From an archaeon (lineage in GTDB: Archaea; Nanobdellota; Nanobdellia; Woesearchaeales; GW2011-AR15), in contig JBDRQT010000005.1 of the NCBI GenBank assembly GCA_043826135.1, positions 70,255 through 134,254 of the forward strand: a DNA stretch of 64,000 bases, read 5' to 3'. The first letter of the stretch is position 1, and every line of letters starts with the position of its first letter. Positions 34,593 through 43,832 of this stretch are shown here, piece after piece. The translations under genes were made by a program, and so were the position numbers. The notes below the pieces were generated by a model. It did not search any database, had not been told where the DNA came from, and was given only the letters and a program-made list of their open reading frames with translations.

Positions 34593-34892
34593 ATGAAAAC
34601 AACAATAAGTGCACCAGCACAACAAAAATCAAATACCGGAAATGCGCCGGAAAAGAAATTCAGGTCCGGCGGGATCTGCGCAACAGTCTGGAAAAACCAG
34701 TCTGTGAAAGACGGAAAAGTGGTAGAGTTTAGGACTGTCTCATTTGACAGGAACTACCAGGACAAAGAAGGTGAATGGAACACTACTAATTCTCTTCGTG
34801 TGAATGACCTTCCACGTGCATCCTTAGTACTGCAAAAAGCGTATGAATATGTCGCTTTAAGGGAAACTGCCTCTGATGAGGCACATTCCTAA
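34593..34892 (+). CDS. Small (99 aa) hypothetical protein directly upstream of radA; possible PC4-like ssDNA-binding fold
   Basis: ATG at 34593 is preceded by AAGGAAAGGGGG. FRSGGICATVWKN...VVEFRTVSFDRNYQDKEGEWNTTNSLRVNDLPRASLVLQKAYEYV loosely follows the PC4 pattern (IDIREYW.D..GE..P..KGISL....W..L). Its stop lies 24 nt before the radA ATG. Confidence 0.5.
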   Translation: MKTTISAPAQQKSNTGNAPEKKFRSGGICATVWKNQSVKDGKVVEFRTVSFDRNYQDKEGEWNTTNSLRVNDLPRASLVLQKAYEYVALRETASDEAHS

Positions 34893-34916
34893 ATCTTTAT
34901 AACAAAGGTGATATTT

Positions 34917-35888
34917 ATGAAAAAACAAGAACTAGTGATTGAAATGAAAGAACCAGAAAAGGAAATGACTGTAATGGATTTGCCAGGAGTAGGCCCAGCG
35001 ACAGCAGAAAAATTGTCTGTTGCAGGATATGATGACCTTATGGCCATAGCAGTTGCAACACCAGGAGAATTGATAGAGGCTTCAGGCATGGCAGAAGCCG
35101 CTGCAAAGAAAGTGATTGCAGCAGCGCGGGCTGCGATGAGGATGGGATTTGAGTCAGGAACAGATATCCTGAAAAAAAGGATGAATATACTAAAAATAAA
35201 GACCCCGTCAGAAAATCTCAATAATCTTCTAGGCGGAGGTTTTGAGACAGGTGCAATTGTAGAATGCTTTGGTGAATTCGGGTCAGGAAAGACTCAGATT
35301 GCGCACACTTTAGCTGTTGAATGCCAAAGACAAGATGAGACTGCGTTCGCAGTCTTTATTGATACAGAAAACACGTTCAGGCCTGAAAGGATAATAGAAC
35401 TCTCTAAAGGAGCCGGCCTTGATCCTGACAAAGTACTTGCAAATATTAAAGTTGCAAGAGCTTATAACTCTGATCACCAGATGCTTCTTGCTGAGAAAAT
35501 AACAGATTTGATTAAGCAGGGCCTGAATGTCAAAGTTGTGATTGTAGATTCCCTGACAGCGCATTTCAGGGCTGAATTTATCGGTAGAGGGACACTTGCA
35601 GAAAGACAGCAGAAACTAAACAAGCATATGCATGAACTCTTAAGGGTTGCAGATACGAACAATGTCTTAGTCTATGTGACAAACCAGGTAATGTCAAGGC
35701 CGGATGTATTCTTCGGAGACCCGACCCAGGCCATCGGAGGCCATGTAGTTGCGCATGCATCTACCTTTAGAATCTATCTGAGGAAAGGCAAGAAAGGCTC
35801 AAGAGTTGCAAAGCTCATTGATTCGCCTAATCTCCCGGATGGGGAATGTGCCTTCATGGTAGAAACGGAAGGAATAAGGGATATTTAG
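34917..35888 (+). CDS. radA: DNA repair and recombination protein RadA
   Basis: N-terminal HhH ([31 protein letters not shown]), Walker [10 protein letters not shown] and Walker [18 protein letters not shown] lies 6 nt upstream of the ATG at 34917. Confidence 0.92.
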   Translation: MKKQELVIEMKEPEKEMTVMDLPGVGPATAEKLSVAGYDDLMAIAVATPGELIEASGMAEAAAKKVIAAARAAMRMGFESGTDILKKRMNILKIKTPSENLNNLLGGGFETGAIVECFGEFGSGKTQIAHTLAVECQRQDETAFAVFIDTENTFRPERIIELSKGAGLDPDKVLANIKVARAYNSDHQMLLAEKITDLIKQGLNVKVVIVDSLTAHFRAEFIGRGTLAERQQKLNKHMHELLRVADTNNVLVYVTNQVMSRPDVFFGDPTQAIGGHVVAHASTFRIYLRKGKKGSRVAKLIDSPNLPDGECAFMVETEGIRDI

Positions 35889-35946
35889 TAACTTTTATTT
35901 TTGAATTATTTTATTAGTTAATGTATAAGAAAAAAAATGCCTCTTC

Positions 35947-38900
35947 TCACTTGGTTTTTATCTGCCAATATTTGTTGGCATCATTTGTGCAGGAATATAT
36001 TTTGCCGCCGACTAATAGTTCTTTGCCACGAGCACTATCATCACAGGATACATAGTGTCCCTCACTACAAAGTTGATAGTTGTTGTTTGGATAAAGCAAA
36101 GGATTAGAGGATGTACATTTTGCTTCACATATTGTTCCCCAACTATGTGTAACAAGATCTTTATTATTGTCACTGCAAACGCAATTAAACTTTCCATCAT
36201 CTTTCTGGCCAGATGGGCACACTCTAACCCAATGAGGCGAAATACCATCGCAATTGAAAGTGACTCCATTAAGTGTTACTGAATGAGTGAGATCACCCCA
36301 ATTACTGCATGTAATACAAACGCCATTTGTATTAACTAACCCACCTGATTCACAATCTTGACTCGGAGAGAGAGTTTGTTCGGATGAAGGTTGGGCACCA
36401 GAATCGGTTACACATTTTCCACCATCAATTTTTTCGGTTGCAGCGCAACATAATACCAACTTATTATTATTCCAACAACTTTGTTTTGCATCTGTGATGA
36501 ATGTTTCTGAGCATTTATCAGATGAAGGGGATACATCGCATGGGTTGCTTATAGTGGGAAGATCTTGACCGGTAAGGCTTGATTGAATACATTGTACACT
36601 GTTTCCAAATGTATGAGCAGCAAAACCATTCGCAGTATCGCATCCACATCCGTCTTTTTTCGGACCGGGAATTGAATTTATTGCGCATTGCTTGCAAGAT
36701 TCATCTTTGTATACAGCATTACCTTCGCATTCACATATATTTAATTCTGCATTCCATGTAGCACCGTTGCAGACAGGTGTTGGAGTTGAAGTTGCTGTAG
36801 ATGCCACTCCTGCTTTTATGGTACAGGTAGTAGCAGTATTACCAACAAGTTCATAATTGTCTGGGCAACATACCACAACATCACCATTTATACAGGTCTT
36901 ATCTGCACCAGTCAAGAAAACATTATTCTTACAGAATAATCCATGACCAGAATCTCCATTGCCACACGCTTCTCCAGTATAGGAAGGCAGTTCCGTAGCA
37001 CGTTCTGCAAGAGTATTATAAACGCATTGGGTTTGTCCATTTGATAATTTAATATGCTTATACCCACTATTACAAACACACTCTCCATTTTGAATAGATC
37101 CCTGTATAGTGCAATCACCTTCTTTTAAATTAGTATCAGCAGGCGCACCAGAAGCAGATGCAGCACACGTCCATAACTCCCCAGTCAAATATGTAATTGC
37201 TGCATTTGGATCACTACATTGATAATAGTTGGGATCTCCATTCACCTGGCATTGGTATCCTCCGCTAACTATAATGTCTCTTGTCTTTTCTGAAGTAGAT
37301 ATGCACTCAGGCAGATCAAGAATACACGATCTTGATGACCTGCCATCGTCATGCACTTCTTTGAGTGTGTAGGGTTCCACACACTGTTGTTTAGGTGTGC
37401 TTCCGTCCAGACATTCTTCCTGGTTTCCTCCTGAGATTTCCAATGTCGTTGCACCTGATTCACAACCTGGTAAATTTCTATCAATTATCTCTTGAGGCAC
37501 GCAATAACCATTCTGATATTGTGTATTTAGATCACATTCATATTTCACAACCTGGCTTCCTTTAAGCTTATTGCCTTCATCATCTGTAAGAATGTGCAAG
37601 CATGCGTGAGAGCCATCAACCTGCGGTTCAAATGCATTATTGCTGCTGCAGTCACCCGTGTCTTTTAGTGAACCGCTCCCAAGACCGCTCTTTGGGACAC
37701 ATAGTTCCCCAGATTTTATGTATGTATCATCGCATTCATACATGGGAGTTCCATCTTTGCTGCATCTGTGGCTGTTAGCTGTTTCTGTGGAGACTAAGTT
37801 ACTAACATCTTTACACGAATATTTATCTTTAAACTCCTGCAATGAAACACAGCCATCTTCGGTTGAATACTGATTAACTGCACAGCAATATAATATCTTA
37901 TTCTCAGTTGGGCTTCCAGATTTTTTGTCTGTGCATTTGTATTGATAATTGCTTGGCTGGAAGACTGAGCACCTTCCGGAACCACTGCTAACAGTAGTAG
38001 CCTGTGCTTCTTCTGGACATGGCATGACAGCAGTTTTATCTTTGCCATCATTATTGTAATCACAGAGTCCATCACCATTTGTTCCAAGGAAGTAACTTGT
38101 GCTGGGTACTCCAGGAGCCATAGTTGTTTCGCAGCACACACTAAGTGGGAATACCTGCCTCTGACCACCAGGAGTGGGTGTGCAATAGCATGCACCCTTC
38201 ATTTTTCCATCTTTATCATAATTCTGGACAGTATTAGATGGTCCATCATTTTGTCCATAGCAGGTAAGGCCGCTTGCGCTTTGTGAATAGTAGCTGGGGA
38301 AGGTTGTAGCTATAACATGCTCACAATATTTTGGATTATTGTCTGGACTATCAGTTGAACCATCATTCCATTTTCCCTCATCAATTAAGGTATTCTTTGC
38401 CGCGGTCATATCAGAATTCAGATTATGAAATGTGACAAAACAACAGTCGTTAAATTCAAGAGGTATTTTTTTACCATCACTATCATGGCATAGGCATTCA
38501 CCAATAAAACTTCCATCATCCGCTTTTCTATAATTGCCGGTTTTCAAATCAGGAATATTTCCATTCGGTCCATCCCATTCCCCATAACAATTTTTATCAA
38601 ACAAAGTTCCTTTTTGTTTATCCAGGAACTCATCGTAGGTTTCATAAAAATGCGGGGGCTCGACAACATTGACACCATCATCAAAAAATATTTTCGCCCT
38701 CACCTGTGGGCAGACATTCTTTTTATCAGGAAATTCATCATTTGTGTATTTTGCATACAATATGTTTTCAGTGCGAGCATTGAACCTAATTTCACTTGGA
38801 GCAGGCGGATTTGGAAGTGGTATAGAGTTCAGGGTTCGCTCTTTTATGATATTATTTTGTAAGTCGTCTGGATTGAAATAAACTAGAACACCATTCTGCC

Positions 38901-40794
38901 CGAAATCATCATATAATGGTTCAGCAACAGTATAGCCTATATTGAAATTCTCTGGCATGCACGCATTGCTTTTCGAAAAGATATAGAATTGGATATTGCC
39001 GGATCCCTCAAAAGCAGTGTCATCGGAAAGATATGCAGCTCGCTCTTCACATTCAGGCAATCCTGAATTTCCGTCTATCTTAATCATACTATACAGTTCT
39101 AGTTTAGCTTTTGAAGTTTCTTCACTGTTCGGATTGCTAGAATATGAGTTTTTATAGTTATTATATAAAACAAGTAAAACTGGGAATGATTTCTCAGAAG
39201 TAATACCTTTTTCCTTAAAATATTCTTCAAGTGCAGTAGCATCTGGAATTGATTTTGTATTGAATTCAGTATCAATGGATTTAACTTTATCGTTCAGTCC
39301 AAGACCATACATCTGGCATTCCTTTTCGGTTTGGAATGCAGTCAAATCAGGCGCTGAAACACTTTGGACATAATATCCAACAGGTAGAGACAATGGTTCT
39401 AAAGATATCCAGATGGTTGTGTAATCTTTATATGCATTGAAGTCAAATGTCCTGCCTCTCATCTCAAAAGGTGCCTCAGGAGTATGGAAACCTGAAGGAT
39501 TTACTTTAATATCAGCTGTATAACGCTTATCTTCGGCCGCCGCTGGCTGAACCTCAGTTAGTGTATCACCATGATTTTCGAATGTAACTTCGACTGGCGC
39601 AGGCAAAATATTAACAGGCAATTTGTCAGAAGCCGCAATTTCTCCATCTAACTTAGAATCATCGTTATTTTTCTTAACATAGTCCTCAAAAGCCACGGGA
39701 TCAAATTCATTCATCTTCAATTCATCAATCTTTTTTGGTGACACGTAATATTTAGTCCCATCCAATGCTGTGTATTTGGTCCACTCACAATATTCCTTGT
39801 TCGTTTCTTCTTCTGCCCTTGGGTCATATCCTGTAGGCCAATATTTTGGTAGATAAATGAATCCTAAATCCATCTCAGCTGGTTTTTCCCTAGTCAAACT
39901 TTTTTCTCCATCGTCGGATTTAACATAGCAGTCAATCACGATCCCATAATATGAAAAATGCTTGATTGTAGCGGAGACTGAAGATTCGTCCGCAGACAAG
40001 CTGCTTGGTATTGAATTCCAGATACCAGTCTCTTCATTATAATAAGCAATTGATAATTTATTTAAATCATATCCATCAGGCAGATCCTCAGGTCTGAAGC
40101 GTATGCTGAGTTTCATCCCATCATTTATTACAGCACCGCTTGGCTGAAGATTATAGATAGTATTTCCAACTACTATGCCGTTGAATTGGTTATTGAACTT
40201 TGCATCTTCAATTTTTATAGATACCATCTCAACCGGTTTTCCATCAACTGTAACTTCAGTATTTTCAGGCAAGCTGAGAATAGCATTTTTATCAACAGAT
40301 TGCAGGCTTAATTCCTTGTCTGCTATCCCCTTATTTAGGGAAACAAAGTTGGTTCTTCCTGTGTTATAAGCAAATTCATCAAAAACATATTCAGATGAGT
40401 CTCTTTTTAATATGAATGGATAATTCAGTGTGGCAATAACCTTTTCATCACTTATTTCAAGGTAAGTAGTCGGAAATTTTTCCTCTAACTGATATCCTTG
40501 ATTCTCATAAACAGAAAGGTCAAGGCAAGTATCTATCTTTTCTGTCACATAACTCTCAATTAGATTGCCAGAGCCGTCTAATCCATATAATAAAACACCT
40601 TCATCAGTCAGCTCTTTGAGGCATCCTTCAGCATATTTCTCAACAGAATCTTTTATATTTCCGCTGAGGCCGAGCGAGGAGATAGACGAACTAATCTCCT
40701 GCTTGGGTGCATTCATGATTGAATAAGTACCAATCCCAACCAGCACCAACAACACAACACCGACTATGACAAAAGGAGTAACCTGCGCTTTCAT
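35947..40794 (-). CDS. Giant (1615 aa) Cys-rich surface protein, paralog 3: pilin-like N-terminus, shared N-module, and ~1000 aa of EGF-like Cys-rich repeats
   Basis: MKAQVTPFVIVGVVLLVLVGIGTY is preceded by GGGTGGGG. Shared blocks are YAEGCLKELTDEGVLLYGL and GIWNSIPSSLSADESSVSATIKHFS. The C-terminal two thirds are dense in C-x-C / CxxxxC patterns (e.g. NGECVCNSGYKHIKLSNGQTQCV). Confidence 0.85.
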   Translation of the reverse strand: MKAQVTPFVIVGVVLLVLVGIGTYSIMNAPKQEISSSISSLGLSGNIKDSVEKYAEGCLKELTDEGVLLYGLDGSGNLIESYVTEKIDTCLDLSVYENQGYQLEEKFPTTYLEISDEKVIATLNYPFILKRDSSEYVFDEFAYNTGRTNFVSLNKGIADKELSLQSVDKNAILSLPENTEVTVDGKPVEMVSIKIEDAKFNNQFNGIVVGNTIYNLQPSGAVINDGMKLSIRFRPEDLPDGYDLNKLSIAYYNEETGIWNSIPSSLSADESSVSATIKHFSYYGIVIDCYVKSDDGEKSLTREKPAEMDLGFIYLPKYWPTGYDPRAEEETNKEYCEWTKYTALDGTKYYVSPKKIDELKMNEFDPVAFEDYVKKNNDDSKLDGEIAASDKLPVNILPAPVEVTFENHGDTLTEVQPAAAEDKRYTADIKVNPSGFHTPEAPFEMRGRTFDFNAYKDYTTIWISLEPLSLPVGYYVQSVSAPDLTAFQTEKECQMYGLGLNDKVKSIDTEFNTKSIPDATALEEYFKEKGITSEKSFPVLLVLYNNYKNSYSSNPNSEETSKAKLELYSMIKIDGNSGLPECEERAAYLSDDTAFEGSGNIQFYIFSKSNACMPENFNIGYTVAEPLYDDFGQNGVLVYFNPDDLQNNIIKERTLNSIPLPNPPAPSEIRFNARTENILYAKYTNDEFPDKKNVCPQVRAKIFFDDGVNVVEPPHFYETYDEFLDKQKGTLFDKNCYGEWDGPNGNIPDLKTGNYRKADDGSFIGECLCHDSDGKKIPLEFNDCCFVTFHNLNSDMTAAKNTLIDEGKWNDGSTDSPDNNPKYCEHVIATTFPSYYSQSASGLTCYGQNDGPSNTVQNYDKDGKMKGACYCTPTPGGQRQVFPLSVCCETTMAPGVPSTSYFLGTNGDGLCDYNNDGKDKTAVMPCPEEAQATTVSSGSGRCSVFQPSNYQYKCTDKKSGSPTENKILYCCAVNQYSTEDGCVSLQEFKDKYSCKDVSNLVSTETANSHRCSKDGTPMYECDDTYIKSGELCVPKSGLGSGSLKDTGDCSSNNAFEPQVDGSHACLHILTDDEGNKLKGSQVVKYECDLNTQYQNGYCVPQEIIDRNLPGCESGATTLEISGGNQEECLDGSTPKQQCVEPYTLKEVHDDGRSSRSCILDLPECISTSEKTRDIIVSGGYQCQVNGDPNYYQCSDPNAAITYLTGELWTCAASASGAPADTNLKEGDCTIQGSIQNGECVCNSGYKHIKLSNGQTQCVYNTLAERATELPSYTGEACGNGDSGHGLFCKNNVFLTGADKTCINGDVVVCCPDNYELVGNTATTCTIKAGVASTATSTPTPVCNGATWNAELNICECEGNAVYKDESCKQCAINSIPGPKKDGCGCDTANGFAAHTFGNSVQCIQSSLTGQDLPTISNPCDVSPSSDKCSETFITDAKQSCWNNNKLVLCCAATEKIDGGKCVTDSGAQPSSEQTLSPSQDCESGGLVNTNGVCITCSNWGDLTHSVTLNGVTFNCDGISPHWVRVCPSGQKDDGKFNCVCSDNNKDLVTHSWGTICEAKCTSSNPLLYPNNNYQLCSEGHYVSCDDSARGKELLVGGKIYSCTNDANKYWQIKTK

Positions 40795-40960
40795 ATCCCC
40801 ACCCTCATATTTTATGGAAAATCTGATGTGTTTCCCCTATATAAGCTTTTCCAGAGGATAAGCTTAAAAACCCTTTTTAAGGCATAATTTTAAATAGTGA
40901 ACTCTATTCTCTCTTTCTGGACGTCAAAGTCCAAATATACATAAGTAGGTGCAAGTAAAT

Positions 40961-41287
40961 ATGCGAGACAATATGGGAAATACAGCCCCTGTTCAAGAAG
41001 GGGAAGAGTTAGAAGTGAAGATTGAAGCTATCGGCGATAAAGGCGATGGCATTGCCAAGAAGGATGGTTTTGTCCTTGTTGTGCCAGGAACTAAAGCAGG
41101 AGAGACAGTTACTATTAAAGTGACTAAAGTCCTTAGGAAAGTAGGGTTTGCTGAAGTTGTTGGCAGGTCTGAAAACCAGTCATCTGAGGAATCAGATGAG
41201 CCTGAACAGTCTGAAGAATCAGAAGAATCAGAAGAGTCTGCAGAAGAGCCTCAGGAAGATTCAGAAGATTTCGGCGACGAAGAATAA
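40961..41287 (+). CDS. TRAM-domain protein with an acidic Ser/Glu-rich tail
   Basis: EELEVKIEAIGDKGDGIAKKDGFVLVVPGTKAGETVTIKVTKVLRKVGFAEVV is a TRAM fold pattern. The ATG at 40961 sits 9 nt after AGGTG (the ORF-track GTG at 40949 lies within that SD). Confidence 0.75.
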   Translation: MRDNMGNTAPVQEGEELEVKIEAIGDKGDGIAKKDGFVLVVPGTKAGETVTIKVTKVLRKVGFAEVVGRSENQSSEESDEPEQSEESEESEESAEEPQEDSEDFGDEE

Positions 41288-41319
41288 ATTTTTAATATAC
41301 TATTTTTCTTTCTGATTTT

Positions 41320-41817
41320 ATGAGATTATTTGTTGCGATTGACTTGCCGCCAGATCTGCAGGATTATTTCAGACAGGTTCAGGCAGGTTTGCCGAAGTGT
41401 AATCTGGCTTCTTCGTTTCATCTGACACTTAAGTTTCTTGGTGATGTTAGCGATGATAAATTAAATGAGATTATTCAAGCTTTAAGCAAAATAAAATTCT
41501 CAAAACTTAATCTTTCGACTGGGGAGCTGGGCGCTTTTCCCAGCAAAGGGGATATAAGAGTGCTATGGGTTGGAATAGAACCTAATTCTCACTTGATGCA
41601 GCTGCAGGAAAATATTGAAAATAGTCTAATAGGCTTCAAGAAAGACTTTGATTTTTATCCGCATATAACACTTGCAAGAGTTAGCCAGAAAATTAAGTTT
41701 CCAGAGTTCAAGATTGAATATAGGGCCTTCTTGGCAAGCGAATTTACCCTGTACAAAAGCACACTATTACCTACTGGCCCTGAATATTCCATAATCCAAA
41801 AATTCAAAGGATCTTGA
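41320..41817 (+). CDS. thpR: RNA 2',3'-cyclic phosphodiesterase (ThpR/LigT, 2H superfamily)
   Basis: MRLFVAIDLP..., with the two HxT motifs FHLTLKFLG and PHITLARV. Confidence 0.8.
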   Translation: MRLFVAIDLPPDLQDYFRQVQAGLPKCNLASSFHLTLKFLGDVSDDKLNEIIQALSKIKFSKLNLSTGELGAFPSKGDIRVLWVGIEPNSHLMQLQENIENSLIGFKKDFDFYPHITLARVSQKIKFPEFKIEYRAFLASEFTLYKSTLLPTGPEYSIIQKFKGS

Positions 41818-41891
41818 TATTCTCTAAATCACCTTAACTATGCTCGAACAATAGCACAATATATTTAAGCAAGTTTTAGCATAGTCAGTAT

Positions 41892-42665
41892 ATGGATTTT
41901 CTTGAACTCCTAAAAAAAAATAAAATAAATCTGGATAAAGATATAAAAAAACTTTGCTTGGATGCATTAGATATCATGAGGGAAAGTCATGATCCAAAAC
42001 ATGATTACATTCATGTAAAGGATATGCTAAAGGAACTCAGCAAACTGGTGCAATATGAAAAGGATATTGACTTTAATGTTCTCTTGCCAGCCATCTGCTG
42101 GCATGATGCATGGCAGGCAAAGCAGCCTGCAACAAATAGCTCACATGTCTTGTTTTTCAGGTATTTTTATGAAGGATTTGGATCAGCGAAATCATTTGGC
42201 AAATATGCGCAAAAATATGGGATTGAAAAAGCACTAAAAAATAAAATTAAAACTGCTATATTCCAGCATGTTAGAACAGGCTGGACCCTTATGGACAAAC
42301 TGTTCCTTTCACCCGGGCAACTAGAAACAAAGATTTTGAAGGATCTTGATGAGCTTGATACCTGGAACATAAAAAGGCTGGAGCGCCTAAAAAAAGTCTA
42401 TCTAAAAAATAAACTACCAACAAGATACTTATGGATAATAAGATGGTATTTTAAAATAATGCTTGATAGTACGAAGCAATTGTTTTATTTAGAATACTCA
42501 AAGAAAGAATTCGAATCAAGGAAGAAAGCAGTAATAGATTGGGCAATTGAGAATTATACCATCATAAGAAATAACCCGAGGAAATATCTAAAAGAAGAAT
42601 ATAAGGGAACATTCTTTGATCTAACACCAAAAGAACTCAAGCGTGAATTATATTCAAAATTATGA
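41892..42665 (+). CDS. Hypothetical protein, possible HD-domain phosphohydrolase
   Basis: H...(HVKDM)...ICWHDAW has H...HD spacing. No stronger evidence. Confidence 0.4.
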   Translation: MDFLELLKKNKINLDKDIKKLCLDALDIMRESHDPKHDYIHVKDMLKELSKLVQYEKDIDFNVLLPAICWHDAWQAKQPATNSSHVLFFRYFYEGFGSAKSFGKYAQKYGIEKALKNKIKTAIFQHVRTGWTLMDKLFLSPGQLETKILKDLDELDTWNIKRLERLKKVYLKNKLPTRYLWIIRWYFKIMLDSTKQLFYLEYSKKEFESRKKAVIDWAIENYTIIRNNPRKYLKEEYKGTFFDLTPKELKRELYSKL

Positions 42666-43067
42666 ATTTTGATTTTTTATCCTATCTATAATCTCAGAAG
42701 TTGATATCCCTTTTGTGTAAGGGACTAATTTTAGCTTATGCAATTTTTTTGCCGCACTATACCATTTTTCTAATTCTTCTTTTGTATAATCATCACCATG
42801 CAGAACATAATCTATCTTATACTCTTCAATGAATTCTTTCGTTACAGGACACGGGCAGTTAAGTATCACCAAATCAACATACTTGCAGCCTTCTATCTCT
42901 TTTCTTCTCTCCTCTAGGCTTAGGATAGGTCTGCGTTTATAGGCAAGTGCTTCTTCATCAGACATCAGGCCGACAATCACAAAATCACCTATCTTTTTTG
43001 CTTCTCTTAGGAAATTGATATGCCCATAATGGAACAGATCTCCAACCATATCACAATATACTCTCAT
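42660..43067 (-). CDS. Cytidylyltransferase (TagD / phospho-alcohol cytidylyltransferase family)
   Basis: MVGDLFHYGHINFLREAK contains the HxGH nucleotidyltransferase motif. The small 135-aa size fits the CTP:glycerol-3-P/phosphocholine/phosphoethanolamine cytidylyltransferase family. Confidence 0.75.
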   Translation of the reverse strand: MRVYCDMVGDLFHYGHINFLREAKKIGDFVIVGLMSDEEALAYKRRPILSLEERRKEIEGCKYVDLVILNCPCPVTKEFIEEYKIDYVLHGDDYTKEELEKWYSAAKKLHKLKLVPYTKGISTSEIIDRIKNQNS

Positions 43068-43732
43068 GCTATCACGAATATTATCAATATTATGAATAAT
43101 AATACTGTCAGGTTTCCGCTTCCGAAGATTCTGAGTATTTTCGCATTGGATTTCATTTTATCAGGATTCTTGATGTATGGCTTTGCCAAATTATAAAATA
43201 GTCTGAGAGTACCCAGGTATATGATGTTTAGTAAGCTCTTTTTAGCCTGTCTTTTTGCATGGGAATAATAATCTGTATTATTGTGTTTTTTATAGTGATT
43301 AATGGCTTCATTGATATTATACCAGGTTATGTACAGGTATGCAATAGCTAGCGACACCAAACAAGTAATCACGAAGCTGATATTGTAATATGAGGTGTAT
43401 ATCTTTAAAAAAGAAATATAAAATATTGTCAGCATTATCCAGTCTTTGAAGTAATCATATACCTTTCCAAACTGTGAGCACATATCATATTTTCTTGCAA
43501 ACATACCGTCGGAACAATCAAGGGAATATGATACGATAAAGAATATCGCTGCGATCCTAGTATCAATGTAAAGGTAATATGTTGCAAGCGCAATCGTGAT
43601 AAAAGATAGTGTTGTTATCATATTTGGGGAGAAGGACAGGAACCTAAATACAGGTAAAAAAAGCTCAGAGATCGGGTAGAATAAATAGAGATCAAAAAAA
43701 CTTTCTGTTAGGGTGTCATACTTGGCAGGCAT
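43064..43732 (-). CDS. CDP-alcohol phosphatidyltransferase family protein
   Basis: DCSDGMFARKYDMCSQFGKVYDYFKD matches D-G-x2-A-R-x8-G-x3-D-x3-D. It is a multi-pass membrane protein with a 4-nt overlap with the cytidylyltransferase gene. Confidence 0.8.
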   Translation of the reverse strand: MPAKYDTLTESFFDLYLFYPISELFLPVFRFLSFSPNMITTLSFITIALATYYLYIDTRIAAIFFIVSYSLDCSDGMFARKYDMCSQFGKVYDYFKDWIMLTIFYISFLKIYTSYYNISFVITCLVSLAIAYLYITWYNINEAINHYKKHNNTDYYSHAKRQAKKSLLNIIYLGTLRLFYNLAKPYIKNPDKMKSNAKILRIFGSGNLTVLLFIILIIFVIA

Positions 43733-43765
43733 AACCGTTTGAATTATTCTCTCTATATAAATATT

Positions 43766-43817
43766 AATGTCAATAAAACAGAATTTCGTTCAATGTCAAT
43801 AAAACAGAATTTCGTTC
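43766..43817. repeat. Perfect 26-bp tandem direct repeat (x2) immediately upstream of the TATA-like box of the CDP-alcohol phosphatidyltransferase gene
   Basis: aatgtcaataaaacagaatttcgttc occurs at 43766-43791 and again at 43792-43817. On the coding (minus) strand it is followed by AATATTTATATAGAG and the ATG at 43732. Confidence 0.85.
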
Positions 43818-43832
43818 GATTGGACAAACCTT

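Noticed and set aside
43766-43817. Possible CRISPR-like array
   Set aside because: There are only two directly abutting 26-bp units with no spacers, and no cas genes in the window. No other CRISPR-like periodic repeats were seen anywhere.
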